A DNA stretch of 59,578 nt, the filler included. It is 5 parts of 5 records of this genome, joined end to end, with 100 filler letters (N's around TTAATTAATTAA, not from the genome) between each part and the next. Parts side by side here need not be neighbours in the genome. Positions count along the whole stretch, not along the records: positions 1 to 24,306 come from SRR31147125_10870; 4 more parts are not named here. One strand, written 5' to 3'. Shown piece by piece: positions 10,850 to 22,015 of the stretch (positions are counted from its first letter, which is position 1; each line of letters opens with the position of its first letter). Below the pieces are notes generated by a model. The model made no database searches and was not told the DNA's origin. It saw only the letters and a list, made by a program, of their open reading frames with translations. Position numbers and translations under genes: made by a program.

Positions 10850-12892
10850 ATGATTCTTCGATTTTTTATTACATTTTGTATTCTGATAACTTTCATATTA
10901 ACCGGAGTAGATAATCTTTACCCCGATAATCGAGGCCTGGTTAATACATCTAATAGCCAGTACGCCGTATTAAAGAGTGTTGACCTTTCTGATGTAATAT
11001 GGACGCAAGGCTTTTGGGGTGAACGTTTTGATGTCTGTCATCAGGAGATGATTCCTAACATGTGGCATGTACTAAAAGATGCAAACATCAGCCATTCCTG
11101 GGCAAATTTTCTCATCGCGGCTGGTATGGAAGAAGGTGAACATGAAGGACCACCATGGCATGATGGGGATTTTTATAAATGGTTCGAGGCTGTGGCGACC
11201 GTTTATGCTGTCACCAAAGATGAAGAGCTAAATCAACTGATGGATGAAATCATTCCAGTTATTGCCAAATCCCAACGTGAGGACGGCTATATTCATTCAC
11301 CGGTGGTCATAAAACAACGCCATGACAAATCTGCTGCAAAAGAATTTCAGGATCGTCTCCATTTCGAGACATATAACATGGGACATCTCATGACAGCTGC
11401 CTGTGTCCATTATCGGGCCACCGGTAAAACATCCCTTCTGGATTTAGCCAAAAATGCGACCGATTATTTGTACAACTTTTACAAAAAATCATCACCTGAA
11501 TTGGCTCGTAATGCCATCTGTCCCTCGCATTATATGGGTGTAGTCGAGATGTATCGGACGACAAAGGATTCGAGATATATTGAATTAGCTAAGAATCTGG
11601 TTGAAATTCGCGATTTGGTGGAGAATGGAACAGACCATAACCAGGATCGACTTCCTTTCAGAGAGCAAACAAAAGCTCAGGGTCATGCTGTCAGGGCGAA
11701 TTATCTTTATGCCGGTGTGGCTGACGTCTGCATCGAAACAGGTGATGAAACGTTGTTGGAAACTCTGGACCTGATCTGTAATGATCTTGTATCGACAAAG
11801 ATGTACATCACTGGAGGCTGTGGTGCTCTTTATGATGGCGTTTCTCCGGATGGAACGTCCTACCAACCCAGTGAAATCCAGCAGGTACATCAGGCCTATG
11901 GACGGGATTACCAGTTACCTAATATAACCGCTCATAATGAATCGTGCGCTAATGTTGGTAATGTTCTCTGGAACTGGCGCATGCTTGCTATTACCGGTGA
12001 TGCCAGATTTACGGATGTTTTGGAGCTAGCTCTCTATAACAGCGTCCTGTCCAGTATCAGCCTGGATGGAAAAAAATTCTTTTATACCAACCCTTTGGCT
12101 GTTGTCGATAACCTACCTTACACATTGCGCTGGTCAAGGGAAAGAGAAGCTTATATAAGCTGTTTCTGCTGCCCTCCCAATGTTGTTAGAACAATCGCCC
12201 AGGTTGGCAACTATGCCTATAATTTGTCTGATAAAGGTGTCTGGATCAATCTCTATGGTGCGAATGTGCTGGAATCAAAACTTGTTGATGGATCCGATAT
12301 CAAAATGACTCAGGTAACAGAATATCCATGGGATGGAGATATCAGCATAACAATGAATCAGGTATCTCAAAATGCCTTCTCTGTATTTCTGCGAATACCG
12401 GGTTGGACCAAAGGGGCTGTTGTGAAGGTAAACGGCAGGCCGCTGACATCGGGGATTCGTTCAGGTCAGTATCTCGAGATACACAGAACATGGTTTTCCG
12501 GTGATGTGATTGAGCTATCCTTACCCATGTCTGCCAAACTCATTGAATCGAATCCGCTGGTAGAAGAAAATTGTAATCAGGTGGCTGTCAAACGCGGGCC
12601 TGTGGTTTACTGTCTCGAGTCCATTGATTTACCTGAGAGTGTGAATCTTTCGGATATGATCCTTCCAGTAGAGATAGATCTGACCTCTCGTTTCGTCGAG
12701 ATAGGGAACAGTAAAGTCACGTGCCTGGAAGGAACATGCCAGATTCTTAAAGGGAAAGCGTGGCAGAACCAACTATATCGGGAAGTAACAACACAAAAAC
12801 CGGTTTTAAAAACCATTCGTTTGATCCCCTATTATGCCTGGGGTAACCGGGGCAAATCCGAAATGATGGTCTGGTTACCTGTTAGCCGATAG
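10850..12892 (+). CDS. GH127 glycoside hydrolase (beta-L-arabinofuranosidase / aceric acid hydrolase-like)
   Basis: DGDFYKWFEA, GHAVRANYLYAG, HNESCA, CFCCPPN, YPWDG and LIPYYAWGNRG motifs. Confidence 0.9.
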   Translation: MILRFFITFCILITFILTGVDNLYPDNRGLVNTSNSQYAVLKSVDLSDVIWTQGFWGERFDVCHQEMIPNMWHVLKDANISHSWANFLIAAGMEEGEHEGPPWHDGDFYKWFEAVATVYAVTKDEELNQLMDEIIPVIAKSQREDGYIHSPVVIKQRHDKSAAKEFQDRLHFETYNMGHLMTAACVHYRATGKTSLLDLAKNATDYLYNFYKKSSPELARNAICPSHYMGVVEMYRTTKDSRYIELAKNLVEIRDLVENGTDHNQDRLPFREQTKAQGHAVRANYLYAGVADVCIETGDETLLETLDLICNDLVSTKMYITGGCGALYDGVSPDGTSYQPSEIQQVHQAYGRDYQLPNITAHNESCANVGNVLWNWRMLAITGDARFTDVLELALYNSVLSSISLDGKKFFYTNPLAVVDNLPYTLRWSREREAYISCFCCPPNVVRTIAQVGNYAYNLSDKGVWINLYGANVLESKLVDGSDIKMTQVTEYPWDGDISITMNQVSQNAFSVFLRIPGWTKGAVVKVNGRPLTSGIRSGQYLEIHRTWFSGDVIELSLPMSAKLIESNPLVEENCNQVAVKRGPVVYCLESIDLPESVNLSDMILPVEIDLTSRFVEIGNSKVTCLEGTCQILKGKAWQNQLYREVTTQKPVLKTIRLIPYYAWGNRGKSEMMVWLPVSR

Positions 12893-13003
12893 AAAGAGTT
12901 GTAGATAAAAAACATTTGAGGTCTTGTTGGAATTGCATACGTCATAAGTAATTTTTAATGAAAACCACTTTAGACATTTGTAAATAGAATCAAGAGGTTA
13001 AGT

Positions 13004-14443
13004 TTGATGAAAAAACTTTTATTCTCAATACTACTTGTCACAATCCTGGGCTGTGATTCAACAACAAAAAAGGATTCAGCACAATTTCCCTGGGATAACG
13101 GAAAAATTGTGGTATCTGATAATCATCGGTTCCTGCAGCATGAGAATGGCAAGCCCTTTTTCTGGCTCGGAGACACAGGATGGTTATTATTTAAAAAGCT
13201 AAACAGGGAGGAAGTGGAGACATTTCTGGAGAATCGCAGACAAAAAGGATTCAATGTGATTCAGGTAATGGTCTTTCACGGAATTCCGGATGTGAATGTA
13301 TATGGTGATACAGCGGTCGTAGATATGGATCCAGCCAAACCCAAAGTCACTCCCGGTAGTGATTTTCAGGATCCGGAACAGTATGATTTTTGGGATCACG
13401 TCGATTATATCGTTGATAAAGCTGCTGAAAAGGGAATTTATATCGCCATGGTTGCCTCCTGGGGCAGCAATGTAAAATCCGGACGTCTCAATATTGACAA
13501 TGCAGCCATATACGGAACCTGGTTAGCGAACCGCTATAAGGATAAGCCGAATATTTTCTGGCTCAATGGTGGCGACATAAAAGGCAGTGATGGGGAGGAT
13601 GTATGGAAACTTTTGGGAAATACCTTGAAAAAGACGGATCCCAATCATCTGGTTACATTTCATCCCTTTGGTAGAACTCAGTCATCGACTTGGTTTCATA
13701 ATGAATCTTGGCTGGATTTTAATATGTTCCAATCCGGTCATCGCCGCTATGATCAGGGTGAAGGAGAGCTGAATTGGAAAGGTGAGGATAACTGGAAATA
13801 TGTTCAGGAAGATTATGCCAAAACACCGCCAAAACCGACTATTGACGGCGAACCATCATACGAGAATATTCCACAGGGCTTACACGATCCAAAAGAACCC
13901 TTCTGGCAGGCTGCTGATGTCAGACGATACGCGTACTGGGCTGTATTTGCTGGCGCATTTGGTCATACGTACGGAGATAATGCTGTCATGCAGATGCGCA
14001 GACCTGGTGATAAAGCCTCTTATGGAGCACCAAACAATTGGTTCGAGGCGATTAATGATCCAGGTGCCGCTCAAATGCAATATGTGAAAAAACTCATATT
14101 ATCACGCCCGTTTTTCGAAAGAATCCCGGATCAATCTCTCGTAGCCGGCGAGCAGGGGACAAAGTATGATTATGTGATTGTAACCAGGGGCAACAGTTAT
14201 GCTTTTATCTACACATATACGGGGCGTACGTTTGAAATCAATATGGACAAAATTACCGGTTCTCAGGTAAAAGCCTGGTGGTACAGTCCCAGAGATGGTC
14301 AGGCACAATCAATTGGTATACTGGACAATAAAGGTGTGCAAAAATGTGATCCTCCCGGAGAAAAAGCGAATGGAAATGACTGGGTACTCGTCCTGGATGA
14401 TGTCTCTAAGAATTATGCGCCTCCGGGAAATGATGCGAAATAG
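13004..14443 (+). CDS. GH140 (DUF4038) apiosidase-like lipoprotein
   Basis: Lipobox ILGC; GKPFFWLGDTGW, GFNVIQ, TFHPFG, WLDFNMFQSGH, PTIDGEPSYE and GAFGHTYG motifs. Confidence 0.88.
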   Translation: MMKKLLFSILLVTILGCDSTTKKDSAQFPWDNGKIVVSDNHRFLQHENGKPFFWLGDTGWLLFKKLNREEVETFLENRRQKGFNVIQVMVFHGIPDVNVYGDTAVVDMDPAKPKVTPGSDFQDPEQYDFWDHVDYIVDKAAEKGIYIAMVASWGSNVKSGRLNIDNAAIYGTWLANRYKDKPNIFWLNGGDIKGSDGEDVWKLLGNTLKKTDPNHLVTFHPFGRTQSSTWFHNESWLDFNMFQSGHRRYDQGEGELNWKGEDNWKYVQEDYAKTPPKPTIDGEPSYENIPQGLHDPKEPFWQAADVRRYAYWAVFAGAFGHTYGDNAVMQMRRPGDKASYGAPNNWFEAINDPGAAQMQYVKKLILSRPFFERIPDQSLVAGEQGTKYDYVIVTRGNSYAFIYTYTGRTFEINMDKITGSQVKAWWYSPRDGQAQSIGILDNKGVQKCDPPGEKANGNDWVLVLDDVSKNYAPPGNDAK

Positions 14444-14569
14444 ATGTAATTATTGCTGTATCTAATAAATGAGTGTTTTTGGACGACTTTTTGCTCAATA
14501 CTGACAAGGCCCTAAGGAACATTTCTGAGAGAATTTGTTCAAATTCGCTGTAACGAAGGAGAAAAATTC

Positions 14570-16000
14570 GTGAGTACGGAAAAGAAATCAGGTTTGGTCA
14601 AACGATTGGATGCCATGTACGAGTTTGACCGTGAACCGGTGTCTGAGAAAAAGCTTCATGGCGCATCCAGTTTTATTGCCATGTTTTCAGGCGAACATAT
14701 CGCCGGCACCGAGTTCGTCATTGGACCCTTATTTGTCGTACATGGTGTGACTGCACCCGATTTATTCATCGGTTTATTAATTGGAAATATTCTGGCTGTG
14801 TTAAGCTGGGCTCTATACTGCGCTCCCATAGCTGTAAAAACACGTCTTACTGTGTACTGGCAGATTCGCAAGATCTGTGGACCCTATTTGACTTTTATCT
14901 ATGGTATCCTTTATGCACTTATTTTGTGTGTGCTTGCCGGGGCCATGATATCTGTGTCTGCTACGGCTGTGGGACTGCCTTTTAACATGCCTATGCCCGA
15001 ACTCACGGATACAATGCCGACCAGTGTGAGTTGGGTCGTGATCGTGCTTTTGGTTGGCACGGTTGTATCACTGCTGGCAATCCTGGGATTTGAGAAACTG
15101 GCTAAATTTGCCAAGGTCAGCGCTCCGTGGATGTTCCTTGTGTTTGTGGCCTCCGGATTAGCCGTTCTGCCTAAATTAGGCGCAACTTCTTTTAGTGATT
15201 TCTGGCAGGTCGCCAATGAAAAAATCTGGACCGGACAGGTCGTTGCCGGTCAATCCAAATTTACGATTTGGCATGTGATCTTTTTCTCATGGCTGTGTAA
15301 TCTGCATCAACATATCGGTATGTCTGATATGACGATTTTCCGTTATGCGAAAAAATGGACCTATGGTTTTGCCTCCATATTTGGCATGTTCCTGGGACAT
15401 TACATTGCCTGGGTTGCTTCCGGAATACTATGTGCTGCTGCTCTCGGTAATGTTGCTCCTGGTCCGATTGCCTATCTCGGAGCCGGAGTTGTAGGCGCTG
15501 TAACTGTTGTTGTTGCCGGATGGACAACCGCCAATCCAACCCTGTATCGTGCCGGCCTGGCCTTTCAGGTGGCTTCACCCAACTGGAAACGCTGGAAGGT
15601 CACACTTGTTGCCGGAACAGCCACCACGATCATTGCCTGTTTCCCGGCCGTGGTCATGCGCTTGACAGAAGTAGTTGCCCTGTATGGCCTGATTTTTATG
15701 CCTGTGGGTGCTTTTATATTTATAGATTACTGGATTTTCCCAAAAATTGGACTGAAGACAAACTATGCGGAAAAAATGAATATTTTATTCAGCAAGCCTG
15801 CCGCATTGGCATGGGCCGGATCATTAGCCGTTTGCCTGTTTATCTATTTTACGTATAATCTGGAAATCTATTTTCTGGCTCTGCCCGGATGGTTTATTAC
15901 ATCTCTGTTTTATATTCTCTTTAGCACTCTTGAACAAAAATATTCGATTTTTAATAGTATCCCGACCACAACGGCAGAATCCAAAGCGGTGGAGGTGTGA
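14570..16000 (+). CDS. NCS1/cytosine-purine permease-like inner-membrane transporter
   Basis: About 12 hydrophobic segments; EH.AGTEFVIGP and GWTTANPTLYRAGLA motifs; GGAG RBS. Confidence 0.8.
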   Translation: MSTEKKSGLVKRLDAMYEFDREPVSEKKLHGASSFIAMFSGEHIAGTEFVIGPLFVVHGVTAPDLFIGLLIGNILAVLSWALYCAPIAVKTRLTVYWQIRKICGPYLTFIYGILYALILCVLAGAMISVSATAVGLPFNMPMPELTDTMPTSVSWVVIVLLVGTVVSLLAILGFEKLAKFAKVSAPWMFLVFVASGLAVLPKLGATSFSDFWQVANEKIWTGQVVAGQSKFTIWHVIFFSWLCNLHQHIGMSDMTIFRYAKKWTYGFASIFGMFLGHYIAWVASGILCAAALGNVAPGPIAYLGAGVVGAVTVVVAGWTTANPTLYRAGLAFQVASPNWKRWKVTLVAGTATTIIACFPAVVMRLTEVVALYGLIFMPVGAFIFIDYWIFPKIGLKTNYAEKMNILFSKPAALAWAGSLAVCLFIYFTYNLEIYFLALPGWFITSLFYILFSTLEQKYSIFNSIPTTTAESKAVEV

Positions 16001-16002
16001 TA

Positions 16003-16182
16003 ATGAAAAAAATATTGATGATACTTTCCATTCTTGGACTTTGTTTAACGCTGATACCCTCCTATTTTGTTTTCAAGGGGGCATTAACCTGGAACTCTCA
16101 CGCGCAATTGATGCTGGCTGGAATGGTGCTGTGGTTTCTTACAGCGCCATTCTGGATGAATGATAAGAAAGGTGGATTATAG
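16003..16182 (+). CDS. Small two-TM membrane protein coupled to the permease
   Basis: GGAGGTG RBS inside the permease 3' end; two hydrophobic helices. Confidence 0.65.
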   Translation: MKKILMILSILGLCLTLIPSYFVFKGALTWNSHAQLMLAGMVLWFLTAPFWMNDKKGGL

Positions 16183-16188
16183 ATTGTC

Positions 16189-18881
16189 ATGGTAAATATA
16201 GAAATTAAAAAATGTCGCTGTGAATACCTTGTGAATCCTTTAGGACTTGATGTACATAATCCTCGTTTGAGCTGGATTCTGGAATCAGATCTTAGAGGCC
16301 AGAAACAGACAGCCTATCATATCCTCGTAGCGTCGCAGGAATCTTTACTGAAAGAGAATATAGGTGATCTGTGGGATACAGGCAGGATGGAAAGCGATAA
16401 ATCGAACCAGATAGTCTATCAGGGAAAACCACTTGAATCCCGAATGAGATGCTATTGGAAGGTCAAAGTATGGGATAAAGATGGTCAGCCTTCCGCCTGG
16501 AATCAACCAGCGTTCTGGACCATGGGATTATTGCGCCAAACCGATTGGAAGGCACAGTGGATCGGACGCAAAAGAAACCTTGATCTGTACAAGACATCCT
16601 TTAGAGGTAAGGAGCTCTTTTTACCACCAAGCTCCTTTCTCAGAAAAGAATTCAATCCGAACAAAGCCCTGCCAGAGCCGTCCTATATATCACGGCTCTG
16701 GGATTATTTGAGATGCATATAAATGGTGACAAAGTAGGAAACGATTGTTTTACTCCTGGCTGGACCGATTATAAAAAACGCCTGTATTATTTTACTTATG
16801 ATGTGACCGAACAACTGGCTGAGGGGACCAATTCCCTTGCGGCCATTCTGGCAGATGGCTGGTATGCTGGCTATGTCGGATTTGCATTGGATCAGAATCT
16901 GCCTAATCCGAGAAATCAGTATGGGGACACCCCGGCATTATGCTGTCAACTGGAAGTGGACTATGCCAACGGAAACCGTGAGATAATCACAACGAATCCG
17001 AGCTGGAAATCATCACTGGGTCCTATTCTGGATGCGGACATGTTTATGGGTGAATCCTATGATGCTCGTCTCGATATGCCGGATTGGGATAAACCTGGTT
17101 TTACAGAGAGTGATTGGGAGCCTGTTGATCTGATTGAAACAACTGTAGGTTATCTACAAGCCTATCCCGGAGTCAAAGTACAACAAACCGCTGAAATAAC
17201 GCCTGTATCCATCACTGAACCGAAAAAAGGTGTGATTATCTTTGATATGGGACAGAATTTTGCCGGTCGTGCCAAATTGAAAGTAAAAGGTGAAAAAGGA
17301 AATAAAATTGTTCTACGCTTTGGAGAAATGCTGCATCCGGATGGACGACTCATGACGGAGAACCTGCGTTATGCTCGCGCTACAGATACCTATATCCTGC
17401 GCGGGGATGATTCTTATGAGATTTGGGAACCACGATTTACATATCATGGCTTTCAGTATGTGGAAGTGACAGGTTTATCCGAAAAACCTGAAAAGGATAC
17501 AGTAACCGGCATCGTTCTCCATACCGACACGCCACAGGCAGGTTCATTCGAGTGTTCCAACGAAATGATCAACAAACTTTACAGTAATATTATTTGGACG
17601 CAACGCTCTAATTTTTTTGAAGTCCCCACTGATTGCCCACAGCGTGATGAACGCTGCGGCTGGAGCGGGGATGCCCAGATTTACGTTCGTTCAGCCACTT
17701 ATAATGCAGATGTGGCTGCATTTTTTACAAAATGGCTGGTTGATCTGGAAGATGCTCAGAGGCAGGATGGCGCTTTCACGGATTATGCGCCTTTCTCGTT
17801 TGTCTTTAAACAGGAACAGGCCTCTGGTTGGGCGGATGCCGGGATCATTATTCCATATGTTCTCTACAAAACCTATGGCGATACGCAATTTATCCGGCGT
17901 CACTTTCAGGCGATGAAAAAGTTTATGGCTTACCAGGAAGACAATAGCATTGGATTTTTGCGCAAAGCCAATACCAATGACTGGGGTGATTGGCTTGCCA
18001 TTGGCAAGCAGACGTCGCTCGATTTCCTCGCCAGTGCGTTCTATGCTTATGACGCCAGATTGATCGCAGAAATGGCAGAGGTGATCGGAGAGAAAAAGGA
18101 TGCTCATGTTTTTCGTGATCTCTATGAAAATATTAAAATCGCTTTTTGTGAAAAATATGTATCAGAGGATCGCCACATTTCTGAAGACACTCAGACATCA
18201 TACGCCCTTGCATTGTATTTTGATCTTTTACCGCAGCACCTGCAAAAAAAGGCTGCAGGCTATCTAGTGAACCTCATCCATGAGAATGACGGCAATTTGG
18301 CGACCGGTTTTCTGGGCGTTAAACATCTTTTACCCGCTCTGACGATACACGGGTATGTCGATGTTGCTTATGATCTGCTTTTAAACACGTCATATCCTTC
18401 CTGGGGATATTCTGTGATTAATGGAGCGACCACTATCTGGGAGAGGTGGAATAGTTATGCGATAGATGAAGGCTTTAACAAAGATGGCATGAATTCGTTC
18501 AGTCATTATGCTTTTGGTTCTGTTTGTGAATGGATGTTTTCAACCATGGCTGGAATTGATTCGGAAGATGCCGGATTTAAAGAGATCATCATTAAACCGC
18601 AAATCGGCGGCGATATAACGTACGTCAAGTCTCATTATGATTCCATAAATGGCCGGATTGAATCGCACTGGCATGCCGAAGAGAAATCACTGAAAATGAA
18701 GGTGAAAATTCCCGCAAACACGACAGCATTAGTGTATCTGCCAGCCCGTAATCACGAGAGTGTTACTGAAAGGAGTAAGCCGGTTGCGGAATCCCAGGGT
18801 ATAACATTTTTACGCATGGAAAATAGTATGGCCGTGTTTCGGATTGAATCCGGAGAATATTCTTTTAACTCCCGGAAATAA
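16189..18881 (+). CDS. GH78 alpha-L-rhamnosidase, split by a 1-nt frameshift at ~16665
   Basis: CEYLVNPLGLD.PRLSW, PGWTDY, FDMGQNFAG, FTYHGFQYVE, PTDCPQRDER.GW.GD, GATTIWERW and MNSFSHYAFGSV motifs. One added A restores KSPARAVLYITALGLFEM. Confidence 0.9.
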
Positions 18882-19022
18882 GAATGCTTTTAAAGAGAGA
18901 TTCTATGACTAAAAATTTCGCTGCAGCTTGTCCGGTAGTTTCATTTATGGGTTTTGTATAGATCCGCGATGTGTGTATGGTGACACATGCTCTTAGCTGG
19001 GTTTTACTAAAATAATAAATTA

Positions 19023-19259
19023 ATGGGAGAAAAAATGAATCCTATCCGACATATTTTCCCGACCATGCTGACATCAATGACAGGCATTTTGGTGTTTTTT
19101 TGCTATACCTGTGGATTTTCGCTGGATAAGGATCATCTGGCAGATGATCCTGTTAAAGCGATTGTGACAGACAACATAGATTCAGCTACAGTCATAATCG
19201 ATGCCTCTGTCTTTTTTGTTGATCAACCTGATCTGCCGGGATATTCATTACCCCATTAG
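19023..19259 (+). pseudogene. Possible 5' fragment of a secreted protein gene
   Basis: RBS-like GGGAG and a signal-peptide-like N-terminus ending in ...SATVIIDAS, then runs into the 3' end of the convergent HTH gene. Confidence 0.3.
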
Positions 19260-19562
19260 CATCATATCAGCAATATCTTTTTTACTCGATCCCAGCACCA
19301 AAAGAGATTTTATAATCAAATCCAGCGAAACAGAGGCATCCGCTGCCTCCATTTTCGCAATTCGTGATTGGCTGGATTCCAATAGCCTGGCTAGGTCCAT
19401 TTGGGTGAGTTTTTGCTGCAAACGCCGTTTTTTAAGGTTATCTGCGAGGGTGAGTTTTAGTTCAATATAAGCAATTTCCTGTTCACTCAGGCCAAGGAAT
19501 TCTTCTGTTGTGCCTGCTTTCCAGCCTTTTTCTTCGAGATTTTTTTCTTTTATTGTTTTCAT
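19248..19562 (-). CDS. XRE-family HTH protein, HigA-like antitoxin (no toxin adjacent)
   Basis: LE.KGWK.GT.EEFLGLS..E...IELKL.LA, then LTQ.DLA.LL.SSQSRIAKMEA.D.SVSLD, typical of partners of RelE/Gp49-like toxins. Confidence 0.85.
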   Translation of the reverse strand: MKTIKEKNLEEKGWKAGTTEEFLGLSEQEIAYIELKLTLADNLKKRRLQQKLTQMDLARLLESSQSRIAKMEAADASVSLDLIIKSLLVLGSSKKDIADMMLMG

Positions 19563-19594
19563 ATTTTACTTTTGTTTCTTTGGTATATAATGAA

Positions 19595-19623
19595 AAATTA
19601 TGTCATATTTGATATAAAGTCAA
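19595..19623 (-). promoter_or_regulatory. Sigma70-like promoter with an overlapping palindromic operator for the HTH gene
   Basis: Minus strand reads TTGACT-17 nt-TAATTT. The inverted repeat TTATGTCA-tatt-TGATATAA (19598-19617, 7/8) sits in the spacer. Confidence 0.6.
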
Positions 19624-19796
19624 GCGTGAATTTGCGAAATAGAGCTTATATTTTTAAAGCTCAGCGCTATGTCGGGAATGTTTGTCCGGAGGTTCTGACT
19701 CGCGTATTAATGTTTGCGAGATCTTTTGTACGTTCATAAAAAGACTGGCCCTAGAGCCTCTAAAATACACTTCTGGCCGAAGACCGGGAGCGAGTA

Positions 19797-19825
19797 AAAC
19801 CACAGAATACACCGAATACACTGGA
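19797..19825. repeat. Short tandem element AACCACAGAATACACCGAATACACTG
   Basis: GAATACAC occurs twice at a 9-nt period in an intergenic region. Confidence 0.45.
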
Positions 19826-20032
19826 AAGAAGAAAAGAAAAAACAATAATTCAAATGACATGAGTAGACGGATTGGCTCGAAATTAAAACGGATGAGATAT
19901 TGTGTTTGTATAGTAACATTCATTGGTATGGGACGTATATAATAATAGATACTTTACGAGATTCATCCATGGTTCCTTTTTATGCATTTTTAATTGATAT
20001 CCGGATTAACCATTTTCAAGGGGACTTTTCAA

Positions 20033-21645
20033 ATGAGTAAAAAACGACTTTTTATCACCGTTTCACTTGTTTTGGTTGTTTTACTAACCTCCTTTGGTTT
20101 TTTTGTTTTTCAAAAGGTCAAACAGGCAAGGCAATGGTGCGTGAAATGTTTCAGCTCAACAGCGAGAGGAGAGCTGAAGGATTTTACATGGCACAATTCG
20201 AGTTTCAAATGGTCGGTGTACTTTATTACCTTGATAAGGGCCATTACAAAAAAGCGTTGTCACTTTTTGAGGACATTTATCATCAGTTGAAAACAGGGGA
20301 AGGATTAATCAAGGTTCCTGCTTTTGCGAATAAGGAAGAAGAGCTGGACTTTTATCTCAAAATGCAAAATCCAAAGACGGGTGCTTTTATGGATGATACA
20401 TATCCTTTGTGCACCTATTTTCAGCCAACCCTGAATGTCATCGGGCACATGGAAAATCTTGCCAAAAGTATCGGCAAGCCACTGACGCTTTTATATCCGC
20501 TTACCTTTTTGGAGCAGCTGGATTCTCCTGAGGAATTGCGCGCCTACCTGGACGATCTGGCGACCGTTGGCACATTGGTCTCTAAAATGCCAATAACGCC
20601 TTATGTTTTATCGAGTCTCAAGTCCTATGATGATCTGGAACACATGAACTTGTATTCTTTTTCACCTGAATGGAAAAAAGAACTGGTAAAATACTACTGG
20701 GAAAATCAGGATCCTGAAACCGGGTATTGGGGCGTGCGCTTGCGGTCTAATGGCAAACTATTGGAAGGTGGAGATTTTACATCCACGCCCAAGTTTATCC
20801 GGTTACTTGTGGACAAGCAGGGCAGAGATCGTTACCCGGAATTTCCGCTGCGGTATAAAGATGCCATGCTCAAAACCACACTGCAAAAATTAAAGAAACC
20901 CATGCCTGAAAGCCTTTCGGAACAACATGAATGGTCTATAGATAGAAGTCGTGGCCTGAGATTACTGATTGACTATTTATGGGATCGTCTTTCAGCTGAA
21001 CAAAAAAGTATGGCCAGAGAGGAGATCGAGCATATTGTTCATACAATGTATTCCGAATTTTACGTGCCGGACCAGGGTGCTTTTAGTCTCTATGCCGGAC
21101 AAAAGCAGGCTGATCTGGATGGTACGGCAGAGTATGTCAGCATATTAAAGCGGGTGGGCGCGTTTTCGGTTGAACGACAACAAAAGTTATGGGAATTTTC
21201 TGAAAAATCGATTTCCAATCCAGAAATTGTCGAGGCATCCACGTTGACAGAAAAGGATTTCTCGCCGTTAAAAAGCTCACCGCACATAAACTCCATTCGT
21301 CTGTACAGCGCTCAACCTGAAGGAGACGGATATCTTTCTGATGTTCTCGCTGTTATCTATCCCGGGAATACGTCTGTTTTAGATGTGACGGAATTGACTC
21401 CGAATATTGAAAAATGGATTCGTACCACCCCGCAAAATATGGGGAACTGGGTATCGAAAGAATCGCTGAAGGAAAAACTGGATATGATGACGTTACTACC
21501 CGTCCCGGTTACAAAAGGCGATATACCTGTTGAATTCGCGAATAAAACGTTGCGGGAAAACAAAAAGTTGGTCGCGATTGGCTTTGATGTTTTGCAGGTG
21601 CCGCGATCTAAAATTGTGTATAAATTTGTTGAGAGCACAGATTAA
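20033..21645 (+). CDS. Membrane-anchored hypothetical protein, split by a 1-nt frameshift at ~20130
   Basis: N-terminal TM (MSKKRLFITVSLVLVVLLTSFGFFVF) joins the 503-aa ORF if one A is added (KQAKAMVREM). Confidence 0.75.
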
Positions 21646-22015
21646 ATCATATTCTTACCGGATTAATAAAATGATCATTATTTGTTCCAGAACACATAGT
21701 CTAATATACAAGCCAGACCGTTTTGATCGACTGGAAAACAAATAAAGAAAAATAACGAATTTATCATGATTTATGTATGTTTCGATATAATGTATAAAAT
21801 CCTATTCTGGTTGTTGGGTGCTTGAGCGAGGCTTCTCTAGTGAGCGCTTTTTTGAAAGGTGTGAGAAGGTTTTAAAAGTTGGATCTTTTTATGCCTTTTT
21901 TTGTGTCGCATACTAGAATAAAAGCGTGTTGATTGTAACCCATAAACAAGATACAAATCAAAAAACTGGATGGCGACGCATTACATTTTCATTATATAAA
22001 ACAGGAGATGATTTT

